NCBI GenBank assembly: GCA_965205015.1
Contig: OZ242029.1
Coordinates: forward strand, 416,001 to 480,000
Reading direction: 5' to 3'
DNA length: 64,000 nt
Origin: Candidatus Poribacteria bacterium
GTDB lineage: Bacteria; Poribacteria; WGA-4E; WGA-3G
In this document: piece by piece, positions 38,479-49,122 of the stretch
Layout: the number at the start of each line of letters is the position of its first letter
Numbering within the stretch: the stretch's first letter is position 1
Notes under the pieces: model-generated
The model's database searches: none
What the model saw: the letters and a program-made list of their open reading frames with translations, nothing else
Told to the model about the DNA's origin: nothing
Made by a program: the position numbers and the translations under genes

Positions 38479-40185
38479 ATGCAAACTTTCTACCCGTCAG
38501 CATTGAAAATGCGGATATGGTTGATAGAGGATAAACCCGTCATGTCGCAAAAGGGAGTCGCGCTCCTTGCCTTTTTCTTCATCGTTTTCGTCGGTCCCGC
38601 GTGGAACGCTACCGCACAATCCCCCCAAGATCTTTACGCCCGCGGTATGCAAGCCGCACAGCGAGGACACTACACGCAGGCAATCCGATATTTTCAGCAC
38701 ACCCTTCAACGCGATCCCGCATCTGCCAAAGCCTACGCCGGACTCGGAACCGTTTACAGCCAACTCAGTCAGTTCCGTGAAGCGGAAGCCGCCCTCAAAC
38801 AGGCACTGGCTCTCGCGCCGGGATTGTTACAAGCCGAAGCAAACCTTGCTTTGCTCTACACAAGAACAGCACGGAATGACGAAGCAATTGACATCTATCG
38901 AAGACTCAGTCAAAACCACCCAGAGTCTCTCCAAATACAGATCGGACTCGCAACCGCCTATCAGAAAGCCTCGCGGTTTGCAGAAGCCATAGATGCGTAT
39001 CACCGGACACTCAACCTTTCCCCGAAACTCGCCGAAGCCATGACGAACCTCGCCTCCTGCTATGAAGCCGTCAAACAGCAGGAGCAGGCAATCCATTATT
39101 ACGAATCCGCTTTAGCCTTGAATCCTGAACTCTCTATGGCAAACGGGAACTTAGGTGCCATTTACCAAAAACAGGGCGAACTTGACAAAGCACGTCCACT
39201 GTTAGAGAAAGCCATTCGCCTGGATCCTAATTTTACAGCCGCTTCCTACAGCCTGGGTCTAATCGCATCAAAGCAACGGGAATTCCAGCGCGCCGCTGAC
39301 CTATACCGCAGCGTCATCGCACAACACCCCGACCATATCGGAGCCTACTATAACCTCGCGCAGGCACTGTTCCGATTAAAGCAGGTGCCGGAAGGCACGC
39401 GCGCCATGGAAACCTACCGTCGTTTAAACGCAATCGCTCAAGAGATTGACACCCGCGAGCGTGCGATTCTCCTCGAACCCAGCAATCCTCGCAAACAGTA
39501 CCAACTCGGACGCATTTACGAAAAATATGGAAAATTCAATAAGGCACTTGAGGCGTATCAGGCAGCAGTCAGGCTTCAGCCACAATACGCCGCCGCACAT
39601 TATAAACTCGGCAAACTCTATTTTCGCGAGCGCCGGTTTAAGGAAGCAGAAAAATCCTATCTCAGTGCGATTGCAATTACGCCAGAGCAAGCCCCCCTGC
39701 ACGCAGGGTTAGGGGCAGTCTATTATCTGCAAGACCGGCTCGATGAAGCCCTTGCTGAATACAAGGCTGCCCTCGCCTATGATGCCTCGTTAGTGCATGC
39801 CCAAGTCGGTATCGCCGTCATTCACCACCGTCGCGGTGAATTTGAACAAGCACTCGCCGCGTATCAGACGGCTTTAAAGTTAGACGCGGAGGCACATCAC
39901 GCCCTAAACGGATTGGTAAGGCTCTATCTTGAAGGTGCTTCTGCTTCAGTCCCATCGGGTAAAAAAGAGACGCAACTCCAAGAAACCATCGCCTTGGCTG
40001 AAAAAGCCGTCCGTTTAGCACCCATCCCACAATACCTACAGACCCTCGCCTTAGCCTACTTTCAGGCAGGCGCGCATCAAAAAGCGTTGAAAGCGATTCG
40101 GACCGCCATTGAAATGGAACCCGAAAACGATGCATTTCGACAGACACTGAGAAAAATAAAAAAGGCAGATGAAAAGACGAAGTAG
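38479..40185 (+). CDS. secreted tetratricopeptide-repeat protein
   Basis: hydrophobic signal-like segment; many TPR motifs (AYAGLG..Y, ALALNP, AHYKLG); true start possibly 38542. Confidence 0.88.
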   Translation: MQTFYPSALKMRIWLIEDKPVMSQKGVALLAFFFIVFVGPAWNATAQSPQDLYARGMQAAQRGHYTQAIRYFQHTLQRDPASAKAYAGLGTVYSQLSQFREAEAALKQALALAPGLLQAEANLALLYTRTARNDEAIDIYRRLSQNHPESLQIQIGLATAYQKASRFAEAIDAYHRTLNLSPKLAEAMTNLASCYEAVKQQEQAIHYYESALALNPELSMANGNLGAIYQKQGELDKARPLLEKAIRLDPNFTAASYSLGLIASKQREFQRAADLYRSVIAQHPDHIGAYYNLAQALFRLKQVPEGTRAMETYRRLNAIAQEIDTRERAILLEPSNPRKQYQLGRIYEKYGKFNKALEAYQAAVRLQPQYAAAHYKLGKLYFRERRFKEAEKSYLSAIAITPEQAPLHAGLGAVYYLQDRLDEALAEYKAALAYDASLVHAQVGIAVIHHRRGEFEQALAAYQTALKLDAEAHHALNGLVRLYLEGASASVPSGKKETQLQETIALAEKAVRLAPIPQYLQTLALAYFQAGAHQKALKAIRTAIEMEPENDAFRQTLRKIKKADEKTK

Positions 40186-41851
40186 CATTATAGATCTCTT
40201 AATCCTGTTCCTAATCGCAATTGCTGCACAAAGCATCCTTATCCGTCTTGTGAGTGCGGATACCAACATCCAATTCGTCGATGTGACGCAGGAAGCGGGT
40301 ATTCATTGGCAACACGTCGACGGACGGAGCGGACAAAAGTATTTTATGGAGACGCTCGGCGCCGGTGCCGCTTTTTTCGACTACGACACGGACGGCGATC
40401 CCGATTTGTACTTCGTTAACGGTGCGCCGCTCCCCGGTTACGTCTCGCCAGAAATTCCAACCAATTGCCTCTACCGAAACAATGGTGACGGCACGTTCAC
40501 AGATGTCACCGAAAAAGCCGACGTCGGGGACACCGGTTACGGACACGGATGCGCCGTGGGCGACTACAATAACGATGGTAAACTGGACCTTTACGTCACA
40601 AACTACGGGGTCAATCGGCTCTATCGCAATAATGGCGATGGTACGTTTACAGAAGTCGCCGAATCCGCGGGTGTAACGGAACCTCGTTGGAGCACGAGCT
40701 GCGCCTTCGCTGACTACGATCGAGACGGCCACCTCGACCTCTACGTCGTCAACTACATCGTCTTTGATATTGATGAAAATCCGTGGTGCGGCTTCAAGGA
40801 AAAAGGGATTCGTGCCTACTGTGAACCCGATAACTTCACCGCCCAATCCGACACGCTCTATCGCAATAACGGTGACGGCACGTTTACCGACGTTACAAAA
40901 ACGGCGGGTATCCACAACACCACCGGCAAGGGTTTAGGCGTTGTTTGGGGGGACTATAATAACGACGGCACCCCTGATATATACGTCGCTAACGATTCCA
41001 CAGAAAACCTCTTTTATCACAATAACGGGAACGGTACTTTTGAGGAGGTCGGTTTCATGGTTGGCGTCGCACTCAGCGAAGATGGTGTCGCTGAGAACGG
41101 TATGGGCACAGCCTTCGGCGATTGGAACAACGACGGTTGGATCGACCTCACCGTCACCAACTATGCCCAACAGACGAACACCCTCTACCATAATGATGCA
41201 GACGGCTTCTTTACAGACGCAACAATCACAACAAAGACCGCACAACTCACCTATCCCTATCTCGGTTGGGCAACCGCCTTTATCGATTACGATAACGATG
41301 GATACCAAGACCTCTTTGTTGCCAACGGGCATCTGCATGAGAATCTCGCTGAACTTGGACAGGAAGGCACATACGGGCAACGCAACCTGCTGTTCCGAAA
41401 CAACGCTAACGGCACGTTTACTGAAGTCTCTGAAACCCTCGGTGCTGGTATGAAATTGGAGGACGTCAGCCGCGGCGCCACCTTTGCAGACTACGATTTA
41501 GATGGCGACATCGATATCGTGGTAACCAATTCCAATACCGCACCACGCCTTTTACGCAACGATGGTGGGAATCGAAGAAACTATTTGCAGATCCGATTGA
41601 CCGCGACAAACGGCTCCACGGATGCGATCGGGGCGCGCGTCAAGATTACGACGGGAAAACTCACACAGACGCGTGAGGTCCGGAGCGGGGACGGCTACCT
41701 TTCACAACAAGATCTCATACTCCATTTCGGAATTGGGAACTACGAACAGGTGGACAGTATTGAAGTGTTGTGGCAGAGTGGAACAAAGCAATTGCTCGAA
41801 AGCGTCCGAGCAAATCAGGTACTATCGCTTGAGGAAAATCGCAATGAATAA
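40169..41851 (+). CDS. CRTAC1-family FG-GAP/VCBS repeat protein with ASPIC/UnbV domain
   Basis: repeated D[YW]xxDGxxDLYVxN and [14 protein letters not shown]; DAIGARV..GYLSQ..HFGIG. Confidence 0.92.
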   Translation: MKRRSSIIDLLILFLIAIAAQSILIRLVSADTNIQFVDVTQEAGIHWQHVDGRSGQKYFMETLGAGAAFFDYDTDGDPDLYFVNGAPLPGYVSPEIPTNCLYRNNGDGTFTDVTEKADVGDTGYGHGCAVGDYNNDGKLDLYVTNYGVNRLYRNNGDGTFTEVAESAGVTEPRWSTSCAFADYDRDGHLDLYVVNYIVFDIDENPWCGFKEKGIRAYCEPDNFTAQSDTLYRNNGDGTFTDVTKTAGIHNTTGKGLGVVWGDYNNDGTPDIYVANDSTENLFYHNNGNGTFEEVGFMVGVALSEDGVAENGMGTAFGDWNNDGWIDLTVTNYAQQTNTLYHNDADGFFTDATITTKTAQLTYPYLGWATAFIDYDNDGYQDLFVANGHLHENLAELGQEGTYGQRNLLFRNNANGTFTEVSETLGAGMKLEDVSRGATFADYDLDGDIDIVVTNSNTAPRLLRNDGGNRRNYLQIRLTATNGSTDAIGARVKITTGKLTQTREVRSGDGYLSQQDLILHFGIGNYEQVDSIEVLWQSGTKQLLESVRANQVLSLEENRNE

Positions 41852-42242
41852 CATATCGGATGCCGTTGAACGTCATTATTGGAAAGCGGTCACTTTTCTC
41901 GTGATACTGATTTTAGTCGGTAGCGGTTTTTGGGGTGTGAGACGCTTTGCACCTGCGGTGTTCCTTGGCAAACCCGATTTAATTGCCATTCCAAACGAGG
42001 AACGTCCACAAAACCAAACAACACAACCACTAACACCGAACAAGCCCGAACTTCTCAACATCAACACCGCCTCTGCCGAAGAACTCCAGACCCTCCCGAA
42101 CATCGGCGTGCAAATGGCACAAAGGATCCTCGATTATCGCGAGCGGCACGGCAAGTTTACCAGTGTAGAGGCTCTCCAGAACGTCAAAGGTATTGGTGCA
42201 AAGACTTTGGAGAAACTAAGACCTTTCGTCGATGCCAAATAG
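41844..42242 (+). CDS. ComEA-like helix-hairpin-helix DNA-binding membrane protein
   Basis: N-terminal TM; [23 protein letters not shown]. Confidence 0.88.
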   Translation: MNNISDAVERHYWKAVTFLVILILVGSGFWGVRRFAPAVFLGKPDLIAIPNEERPQNQTTQPLTPNKPELLNINTASAEELQTLPNIGVQMAQRILDYRERHGKFTSVEALQNVKGIGAKTLEKLRPFVDAK

Positions 42243-42818
42243 TTAAATTCCTATGCTACCGGCCTCTGTGAAAATGTGCTGAACCGGCACATCCCACGCC
42301 TGTGGGAACGTATCTTCTACAAGCTGTATCTCATACGCCAATCCGATCGCCACAGCGTGTGGGCACTTCACGAGAAATCGGTCGTAGAAACCTTTGCCGT
42401 ATCCGAGACGATACCCATTACGATCAAAAGCGACGCCGGGAACCACAATGAGTTGAAGGTGTCCGGTCGGAAAGATTGGGCATGCCTCGCTCGGTTCCAA
42501 CATACCGTAGGAATGACGGACTAACTCTGTTTTCAGATTTTGAATCCGTCGCGGTATAAGTGCCAGCTGTTCTGTATCTACAACAGGAGCGCAAACCTGT
42601 TTGCCTGAATCGAGTAACGCCTCAAGCAAACTGAGGGTTTCAACCTCGCTTCTCATATTCAGGTAGAGCATCACGGCGTCGAAACCCTCACGCCGTATCC
42701 AATCCGCAGCGGAATCAACGATACGCTGGCTGAGCCGTGTTCGCGCTTCTGGGGTGAGTGCCTCGCGACGGTGGAGTGTTTCCGCGCGGACGCGTTCCCG
42801 TTCGATCGCGGTCTTCAT
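42243..42818 (-). CDS. 5-formyltetrahydrofolate cyclo-ligase
   Basis: SEVET, VPGVAFDRNGYRLGYGKGFYDRFL. Confidence 0.93.
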   Translation of the reverse strand: MKTAIERERVRAETLHRREALTPEARTRLSQRIVDSAADWIRREGFDAVMLYLNMRSEVETLSLLEALLDSGKQVCAPVVDTEQLALIPRRIQNLKTELVRHSYGMLEPSEACPIFPTGHLQLIVVPGVAFDRNGYRLGYGKGFYDRFLVKCPHAVAIGLAYEIQLVEDTFPQAWDVPVQHIFTEAGSIGI

Positions 42819-42823
42819 CGTTT

Positions 42824-43111
42824 CTATTTCTGATACCGGACTTTTCCAGCAACTTCCACGGTATCAACAATCGCCATGATCACAGCGTCGACCGGTTTGT
42901 TGCCCGTCACTGCGGTTTGACGCGCCGAACTGCCGGTGGCAACGAGAACAATTTCGCCGATACCTGCCCCGACTGCATCCACAGCAACAGTATATTGCCG
43001 ATCAACCTCTCCGTTGAGATCCACATCTTGGACAACCATCAGTTTGCTCCCGATTAATTTCTCATCTTTCTGCGTCGCGACGATTGTCCCGGTAACTTTT
43101 CCCAGGGTCAT
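42824..43111 (-). CDS. EutN/CcmL microcompartment vertex protein
   Basis: GKVTGTIVATQK, AVDAVGAGIGE, GSSAR, DAVIMAIVD. Confidence 0.95.
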   Translation of the reverse strand: MTLGKVTGTIVATQKDEKLIGSKLMVVQDVDLNGEVDRQYTVAVDAVGAGIGEIVLVATGSSARQTAVTGNKPVDAVIMAIVDTVEVAGKVRYQK

Positions 43112-43142
43112 TTAATAAATACCTTTCGTTTCAGTATAAGAA

Positions 43143-43165
43143 TCGCGAGTGAAACTCGCTCCTAC
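43143..43165 (-). repeat. GTAG-type REP palindrome (similar one at 15911-15933)
   Basis: minus strand GTAGGA-GCGAGT-TTC-ACTCGC. Confidence 0.55.
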
Positions 43166-43341
43166 AAGAAGAATTTCTTTCAGCATCACCGGATTTGAGA
43201 GCGTCTACTTTACAAGAGTCGTAGTAATTATACACGGAATCTGCTGAAATTTCAAGCCTCAATCTATATTACCCAAAAAGTGCATCCGAAAATGTGTATA
43301 AGCGGTAGAACTGAAATGCCCATAGACCTCGGCAGGTGAAA

Positions 43342-43370
43342 TTGACAAACGATCGACAATGTGCTAAACT
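43342..43370 (+). promoter_or_regulatory. sigma70 promoter
   Basis: TTGACA-N17-TAAACT with extended TG. Confidence 0.7.
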
Positions 43371-43415
43371 ATCTTTATAGTGTTGTTTCGATTCTCTGGT
43401 AAAGTGGAGGATAAC

Positions 43416-44534
43416 TTGAGCCGAAATCATGCCGATGTCATCATTATCGGTGCGGGCATTATCGGATGCAACATCGCCTACGATCTCGCCAAACGGAACG
43501 TGAAATCGTTAGTGATTGATAAAGCATCCGCCGTTGGAACAGAAGCCTCATGGGCAGGTGCAGGAATTTTAACCTCACACGCCTCAACAGATGCGCCGTA
43601 CCCAACCTTGTGTCGAGCGAGCCTTGCACGCTATCCGGCGTTAGCCGAAGAACTCCGAGCAGAAACCCTGATAGATATTGAGTTGATCCAATCCGGAACG
43701 CTGTCAGTATTCTTCAATCCAGCGGAAGCGGCAGGATTAATCGGTCTCGCAGATCGGCGTGTGAAACGCGGCTTCTCAACCGAAGTTCTGACGGCGGAAC
43801 AGGCATGGCAGTTGGAACCTGCGCTCTCAAAATCTATTGCCGGTGCTGTTCTGTTCCCCGAAGACGCGCAAGTCCGTAATCCGAAGATGGTGACCGCACT
43901 CGCCAAGGGTGCAGCAAAACTCGGGGCGCAATTTCAAGTGGGCAATCCTGTTGCCGATTTTATCCGAGTGAGTGAGGGCGATAGAGAGCACGTTGTCGGT
44001 GTCGTCGTTAACAGTGAAACCTATTACGCCGACACGTTCGTGATCGCAGCAGGCTGCTGGACAGGGACGCTTACGGCTCAACTGGATGTCCCAATTCAGG
44101 TTGAACCCGCGAAAGGCCAGATCGTCCTCGTTGAAGCGATGCCACCGCCGTTCGAGCGAACGATTGATGGACTTGGCATCTACATCGTACCGAGAGCCGA
44201 CGGTAAGATTCTACTCGGAGCGACGGTCGAATTTGTCGGTTATGACAAGACCGCCACTGTGGAGGGTGCTAAGCAGATGATCGACGCAGGAATTGCCATC
44301 GCGCCGCAACTCGCGCACAGTACTTTCGTGCAAACATGGGCAGGTTTACGGCCCCATGCCAAAAAAGGACCGCTTCTCGGTTACCTACCGGGGTATGACA
44401 ACGTCGTTTTGGCATCAGGGCATTTCAAAAATGGTATTCTCCTCGCGCCGATTACAGGACACCTTATCGCTGAACTGATCACCACAGGACAGACATCGTT
44501 GCCCTTGGAACCTTTTCAGCCAACGACGGTGTAA
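43416..44534 (+). CDS. thiO: glycine oxidase
   Basis: GGAGG RBS; IIGAGIIG, ASWAGAGIL, PAKGQ, YIVPR, WAGLRP, GHFKNGILLAP. Confidence 0.85.
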   Translation: MSRNHADVIIIGAGIIGCNIAYDLAKRNVKSLVIDKASAVGTEASWAGAGILTSHASTDAPYPTLCRASLARYPALAEELRAETLIDIELIQSGTLSVFFNPAEAAGLIGLADRRVKRGFSTEVLTAEQAWQLEPALSKSIAGAVLFPEDAQVRNPKMVTALAKGAAKLGAQFQVGNPVADFIRVSEGDREHVVGVVVNSETYYADTFVIAAGCWTGTLTAQLDVPIQVEPAKGQIVLVEAMPPPFERTIDGLGIYIVPRADGKILLGATVEFVGYDKTATVEGAKQMIDAGIAIAPQLAHSTFVQTWAGLRPHAKKGPLLGYLPGYDNVVLASGHFKNGILLAPITGHLIAELITTGQTSLPLEPFQPTTV

Positions 44535-44632
44535 CGGACTATCTTTGCCTGTTTTGGAAACCCAATTTAAAGGTGTGAAATATTTTTTTAATTTTAAATG
44601 AATTGTTTCAAAATATATGGGTTAAACTTTAA

Positions 44633-44835
44633 GTCAGTGACCTCGCCCTAAAGGGCGAGGCTTGTGCGAAGCGTATACCAAACGTTCACTCCACAAGTTA
44701 AACCATTGACTACAGTAAACTATCGCAGTATCTTAGCGTGGTAGCCAGTGCTATGTTTCAGATGCTCCCCAAGTCTGATTCCTCTCCGATACTGTGATCT
44801 GGATGGGGCAATATACAACCCGTAAGGGAGATTAC
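44633..44835 (+). ncRNA. omegaRNA scaffold of IsrB
   Basis: structured non-coding region between the element end and isrB; TTGACTA and TGCTCCCCAAG motifs; conserved with 29585-29830. Confidence 0.75.
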
Positions 44836-44846
44836 AAACTCTGTTT

Positions 44847-45845
44847 GTGCCAGTCGTTGATCAAAACCAAAATCCACTGATGCCAACAACACCACAGCGT
44901 GCGGGAAAGTGGATAAAATCAGGAAAAGCCACACCCTTTTGGCGGAACGGTGTGTTTTGTGTCCGTCTGAATATAGAGCCTTCGGATAGATATAAGCAAG
45001 ATATTGCTGTCGGCGTAGACCCCGGCAGTAAGAAAGAGGGCTTTACTGTGAAGTCTGAGGCACACACGTATTTGAATGTGCAAGCGGACGCACACCATAA
45101 AGTCGGTCAGAAAATAAAAAAGCGTCATGAGTTGCGGAGAGGTCGACGTTCCCGTAAGTGTCCGAATCGGAAAAACCGAACCAATCGTCTTGCAAACAGA
45201 GAGCGTATCCCCGCAGGCACACGCGCAAGATGGGATTGGAAGTTGCGTATTCTTGACTATTTATCGAAACTCTATCCAATCACGCATGTGTGTGTTGAGG
45301 ATATAAAGGCACGGACGATACAGCGTGCGAAGAAGTGGAATCAGTCGTTTAGTCCTTTGGAAGTCGGTAAGCAGTGGTTTTACACTGAAGTCAAAAAGCG
45401 GTGGGAGCTCCTAACACTTCAAGGATGGGAAACAAAGGAGATACGCGATAGATTGGGTCTGAAGAAATCGTCTGATAAACTATCAGAAACATTCGATGCA
45501 CATTGTATTGATAGTTGGTGCTTAGCATATCAGACCATCGGCGGTAAATCCATTGTAGACAATACTTCAATCTTCTGTATATCGCCTATCCCTATACGCA
45601 GGCGGGAACTCCACCGTCAGAACCCACAGAAAGGTGGCAAGCGTCCCCGTTATGGGGGCACAAGGTGTCTTGGTATTCCGAAGAATACATTAGTGAAGCA
45701 TATCACAAAAGGACTCCTACGCGTTAGTGAATACCAAAAAGGTTGCTTGACCCTAAGTGAAATCCACAGTAGTAAACAAGTTATACTTAGGGCGAAACCA
45801 GACAGCTATAAGATTTTGAAAAAACTTAACTTTAGATATTCATAA
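44847..45845 (+). CDS. isrB: IsrB RNA-guided nickase (RRXRR family, no HNH)
   Basis: PLMP, RuvC-I GVDPGSK, Arg-rich bridge helix RRGRRSRK, RuvC-II VEDI, RuvC-III HCIDS; 332 aa with no room for HNH. Confidence 0.88.
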   Translation: MPVVDQNQNPLMPTTPQRAGKWIKSGKATPFWRNGVFCVRLNIEPSDRYKQDIAVGVDPGSKKEGFTVKSEAHTYLNVQADAHHKVGQKIKKRHELRRGRRSRKCPNRKNRTNRLANRERIPAGTRARWDWKLRILDYLSKLYPITHVCVEDIKARTIQRAKKWNQSFSPLEVGKQWFYTEVKKRWELLTLQGWETKEIRDRLGLKKSSDKLSETFDAHCIDSWCLAYQTIGGKSIVDNTSIFCISPIPIRRRELHRQNPQKGGKRPRYGGTRCLGIPKNTLVKHITKGLLRVSEYQKGCLTLSEIHSSKQVILRAKPDSYKILKKLNFRYS

Positions 45846-45976
45846 AACAGCGTCTACATCTCCGCCCTAAAGGACGGAGTTTTGACGCTGAAGAATTGAT
45901 AATCTTTTTAATGATCGAAAAAGGGTATAAAACACTACCCTTATCTGACGAATAAACTTAGAAAGGAGTTTTCAAA

Positions 45977-46201
45977 ATGCGTCAGTACGTTTTGTGTTTA
46001 ACGGAGGCAATGCCTCACGCTGGAGATGAACGTGACAATTCTTTGGGGGATTGGATCTCCCTGAAGGCACGGGCATCTAAAATTGCCAATGCATGTCGTT
46101 ATTGGACGAAGACCCGATTATGGAGAAGGCACAGACCGAGGAGTGAACAAGCAGGCATCCTCCGTTACGGAACGGAAGGAGGGGTGCGCGCCTTCGCTTG
46201 A
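45977..46201 (+). CDS. small hypothetical protein upstream of ECF sigma
   Basis: strong AAAGGAG RBS; stop abuts the sigma gene; no recognised motif. Confidence 0.45.
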   Translation: MRQYVLCLTEAMPHAGDERDNSLGDWISLKARASKIANACRYWTKTRLWRRHRPRSEQAGILRYGTEGGVRAFA

Positions 46202-46227
46202 GAAACTCCTCTCTTGAGGAGACAAGC

Positions 46228-46818
46228 ATGTTACACACTGACGAACAGTTGATGCTCTCTGTGAAGGATGGAAACAGAGATGCATTCCGAATTTTAACCG
46301 AGCGGCATTATACAAACACTTTAAATTTTATCTATCGATTTGTCAAAAACCGGACGCTTGCGGAAGACCTCTGTCAAGAGACGTTCCTACGGGTGTGGCG
46401 CTGTGTGCCAACCTATCGCCCAATTGCGAAATTTAGAACGTTCCTCTATCACATCGCCAAAAACGTTTGTTTGAAACAGTTAGCGAAGGACCAGAGAACA
46501 CCGCAGATCGAATCTTTAGATGCACCCTATAGCGATGAAGATGAAAACTCTCACCCCGTTGCGGTTGCTGTCGCAGACACCAACTACTCTCCAGAGGCGC
46601 TGTTGATCGCCAAGGAGACTTACGAGGCAATTCAGGCAGCAATCAACAAACTGTCGCAAGAACATCAAGTCGTGTTTCGGCTGACAGAAGTTCAAGGATT
46701 GTCTTACCAAGAAGTTGCCGAGATCGTTCAATGTCCGATTGGCACTGTTGCCTCACGTAAAAACGCTGCGATTCGACAACTCCGGAAATTTTTGGCACCC
46801 TACAGGACCAGTTTATAA
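46228..46818 (+). CDS. ECF RNA polymerase sigma factor
   Basis: GAGGAG RBS; AEDLCQETFLRVW, FRTFLYHIAKN, SYQEVAEIVQCPIGTVASR. Confidence 0.92.
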   Translation: MLHTDEQLMLSVKDGNRDAFRILTERHYTNTLNFIYRFVKNRTLAEDLCQETFLRVWRCVPTYRPIAKFRTFLYHIAKNVCLKQLAKDQRTPQIESLDAPYSDEDENSHPVAVAVADTNYSPEALLIAKETYEAIQAAINKLSQEHQVVFRLTEVQGLSYQEVAEIVQCPIGTVASRKNAAIRQLRKFLAPYRTSL

Positions 46819-46855
46819 TATATAGGTCCTTAGGCTTAAACATACAAACCCCCTT

Positions 46856-46895
46856 AGCACTCTGGCGTCCGGCTTCACGTCAGAGTGCTTTTTTT
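46856..46895 (+). terminator. intrinsic terminator
   Basis: AGCACTCTGGCGT / ACGTCAGAGTGCT stem followed by a T run. Confidence 0.8.
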
Positions 46896-46957
46896 AGAGC
46901 GATACCCACGGAAGCGTTAACAATTAATTACATCTGTACATTATTCGCAACGGTGTA

Positions 46958-46986
46958 TTGATATTTAATGCTGCGCATTGTATAAT
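46958..46986 (+). promoter_or_regulatory. sigma70 promoter
   Basis: TTGATA-N17-TATAAT. Confidence 0.7.
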
Positions 46987-47046
46987 GAGGGAATCAGAAT
47001 AGGTTGGTACTCCATCAGCGAAAAGACGGAATCTGGGGGTAAGACA

Positions 47047-47766
47047 ATGCAAAATAGACATGCCGAAGTGAAGGCACTCACATTTGATGTCTTCGGCACG
47101 GTTGTAGATTGGTACAGTTCCATTGTTGCTGAAGGCGAAAGGTTCGGGGACACCCACGGCATTGACATTGACTGGGCACAATTCGCCTTGAAATGGCGTG
47201 CTGGTTACGGTCCCGCGATGAACAGGGTTCGGCAAGGTGAATTGCCGTGGCAGAACATTGACGCACTGCATCGACGCATCTTGGACAGCCTCCTTGAGGC
47301 GTTTAACATTACAGGCTTGAGCGAAGCGGATAAAGACCACCTGAATCGAGTCTGGCATCGACTCAAACCGTGGCCCGATGCGGTCAGCGGCTTGGCACGG
47401 CTCCGCACGCGATATATCGTCGCGACCCTCTCCAACGGCAACGTTGCCTTGCTCACCAATATGGCAAAATTTGCGGGGCTACCGTGGGATTGTATCCTGT
47501 CTGCCGAGTTAACGGGGCATTACAAGCCGGATCCCGAAGTTTATCAAACCGCCGCCGCACTGCTCGGTTTGTCTCCCAATGAGGTCATGATGGTCGCCGC
47601 ACATCCGGGGGATCTCCGCGCCTCGCAAGCCGTCGGTTTCCAAACAGCGTTGGTGCCGCGACCTCTGGAGTACGGACCCGGCAGAGTTCAAGGCGTAAAT
47701 GCGCATCCCTCGGACCTCGTCGCCAGCGATTTTAATGAGTTGGCAGATTTGTTAGATATCGAATAA
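47047..47766 (+). CDS. haloacid dehalogenase type II
   Basis: FDVFGTVVDW, TLSNG, YKPDP, MVAAHPGDL. Confidence 0.92.
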   Translation: MQNRHAEVKALTFDVFGTVVDWYSSIVAEGERFGDTHGIDIDWAQFALKWRAGYGPAMNRVRQGELPWQNIDALHRRILDSLLEAFNITGLSEADKDHLNRVWHRLKPWPDAVSGLARLRTRYIVATLSNGNVALLTNMAKFAGLPWDCILSAELTGHYKPDPEVYQTAAALLGLSPNEVMMVAAHPGDLRASQAVGFQTALVPRPLEYGPGRVQGVNAHPSDLVASDFNELADLLDIE

Positions 47767-47808
47767 GCGGCAGGAACGATCCCCTGAACTTAAATTGGAG
47801 AACACATT

Positions 47809-48828
47809 ATGGATAAAATCCGAATTGCTTTTATTGGCTGTGGTGGCATGTCATCGCAATTGCAACAGTGCATACCGATGGTGCCAGAATTTGAATTTGT
47901 CGCGACCTGTGATCTCGTGGAAGAGAAGGCAGCATCGAACGCCCGAAGGTTCGGTGCCCTTCGCCATTATACCGATTACAATGAGATGTTCAAAAACGAA
48001 GACCTCTACGCAGTGGCTGTCGTCGGTAGACCGGAGGACAAACTGCACCGCGACATCGGTATCGAGTGTCTCCAGCGCGGTTACCACATCTACACCGAAA
48101 AACCGCCTGCGACCACCGCTGAAGGCGCGAAGATGCTCGTCGATGCATCGGTTGAGAGCGGCAAAACGGGGATGGTCGGTACGATGTGGCGACACGCCCC
48201 TGCCCATCAGATTGCCAAACAGTTGATGGACGCAGCAGAATTCGGTGAAGCCTGCCAATATCATACCCGATATCTCGCCCCAAGTCCGCGTCTACAAGAG
48301 GCAGGGTCGCCGTTTGCTTGGCCCTTCATGCTCGATCAGGTGATTCATCCGACCGATTGTATGCGCTTCTTTATGGGACAGGTCAGTGAAGTCTTTGCCC
48401 TGGGAACAATTGATGCAACATCGAGCACGGTTTCAATGTCCGTGAACCTGCGTTATGAGAATGGCGGTATCGGTACAATGACGCTCGGCACTGGCCCGGT
48501 TTTAGAAGCCATGGTTTTCGCTAAAGGCACCGGTAATCAGGCGATCCAAGTGTTGGAGACACGCAGACTGCGCCGTTACCGTATGCCGACATGGCTCGAC
48601 GCGGGGGGTGGCTATGCCGACACACCTACCGAGGAATGGGACCTCAACACCGCATTCCATAGCATCGGTAGACCGGGTTATCTCGAAGAGATGCAGCATT
48701 GGGCAGCATCGCTGCAGGCGGGGACCCAACCCCACGCAAGCCTCGAAGATTCCTATCAGAACATGCGCGTTTTAGAGGCAATTAGCCACAGCATTGAAAC
48801 CCGTGAGGTCGTTCAAATTCCAGTGTAA
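47809..48828 (+). CDS. Gfo/Idh/MocA family oxidoreductase
   Basis: IAFIGCGG, TEKPP, DQVIH. Confidence 0.88.
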   Translation: MDKIRIAFIGCGGMSSQLQQCIPMVPEFEFVATCDLVEEKAASNARRFGALRHYTDYNEMFKNEDLYAVAVVGRPEDKLHRDIGIECLQRGYHIYTEKPPATTAEGAKMLVDASVESGKTGMVGTMWRHAPAHQIAKQLMDAAEFGEACQYHTRYLAPSPRLQEAGSPFAWPFMLDQVIHPTDCMRFFMGQVSEVFALGTIDATSSTVSMSVNLRYENGGIGTMTLGTGPVLEAMVFAKGTGNQAIQVLETRRLRRYRMPTWLDAGGGYADTPTEEWDLNTAFHSIGRPGYLEEMQHWAASLQAGTQPHASLEDSYQNMRVLEAISHSIETREVVQIPV

Positions 48829-48903
48829 CGTATAGCATAGACAGAGATTTAGTTCTTTCGTAACCTTGGTCCTTGAGCAAACTCTTTGTATTGGAGATAA
48901 ACA

Positions 48904-49110
48904 ATGAGACAAGTAGTTATTTACCCGGGCGAAGATGGCTATTGGATCGCCGAATGTCCCAGTTTGCCCGGTTGCATCAGTCAAGCTGAAACTAAACAAG
49001 AGGTGGTCAGCAGTATTAGAGAAGCAATTGAGGGTTATATTGTTGTGCTTAAAGAAGATGGACTGCCGGTTCCTGAAGAAAATTTTGAGGCATTGGTATT
49101 AGCCATATGA
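48904..49110 (+). CDS. HicB-like antitoxin
   Basis: EDGYWIAECPSLPGCISQAET.....IREAI. Confidence 0.88.
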   Translation: MRQVVIYPGEDGYWIAECPSLPGCISQAETKQEVVSSIREAIEGYIVVLKEDGLPVPEENFEALVLAI

Positions 49111-49122
49111 GTGGAGGCAGAC

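Larger units (their letters stand above)
44633..45898 (+). mobile_element. IS200/IS605-superfamily IsrB (OMEGA) element, no tnpA
   Basis: 5' end GTCAGTGACCTCGCCCTAAAGGGCGAGGCTTG; 3' hairpin CAGCGTC..CTCCGCCCTAAAGGACGGAG..GACGCTG then AAGAATTG|ATAA. Confidence 0.85.

Noticed and set aside
44847-45845. Calling this IscB or Cas9-like
   Set aside because: No HNH domain between RuvC-II and RuvC-III; the size fits IsrB.
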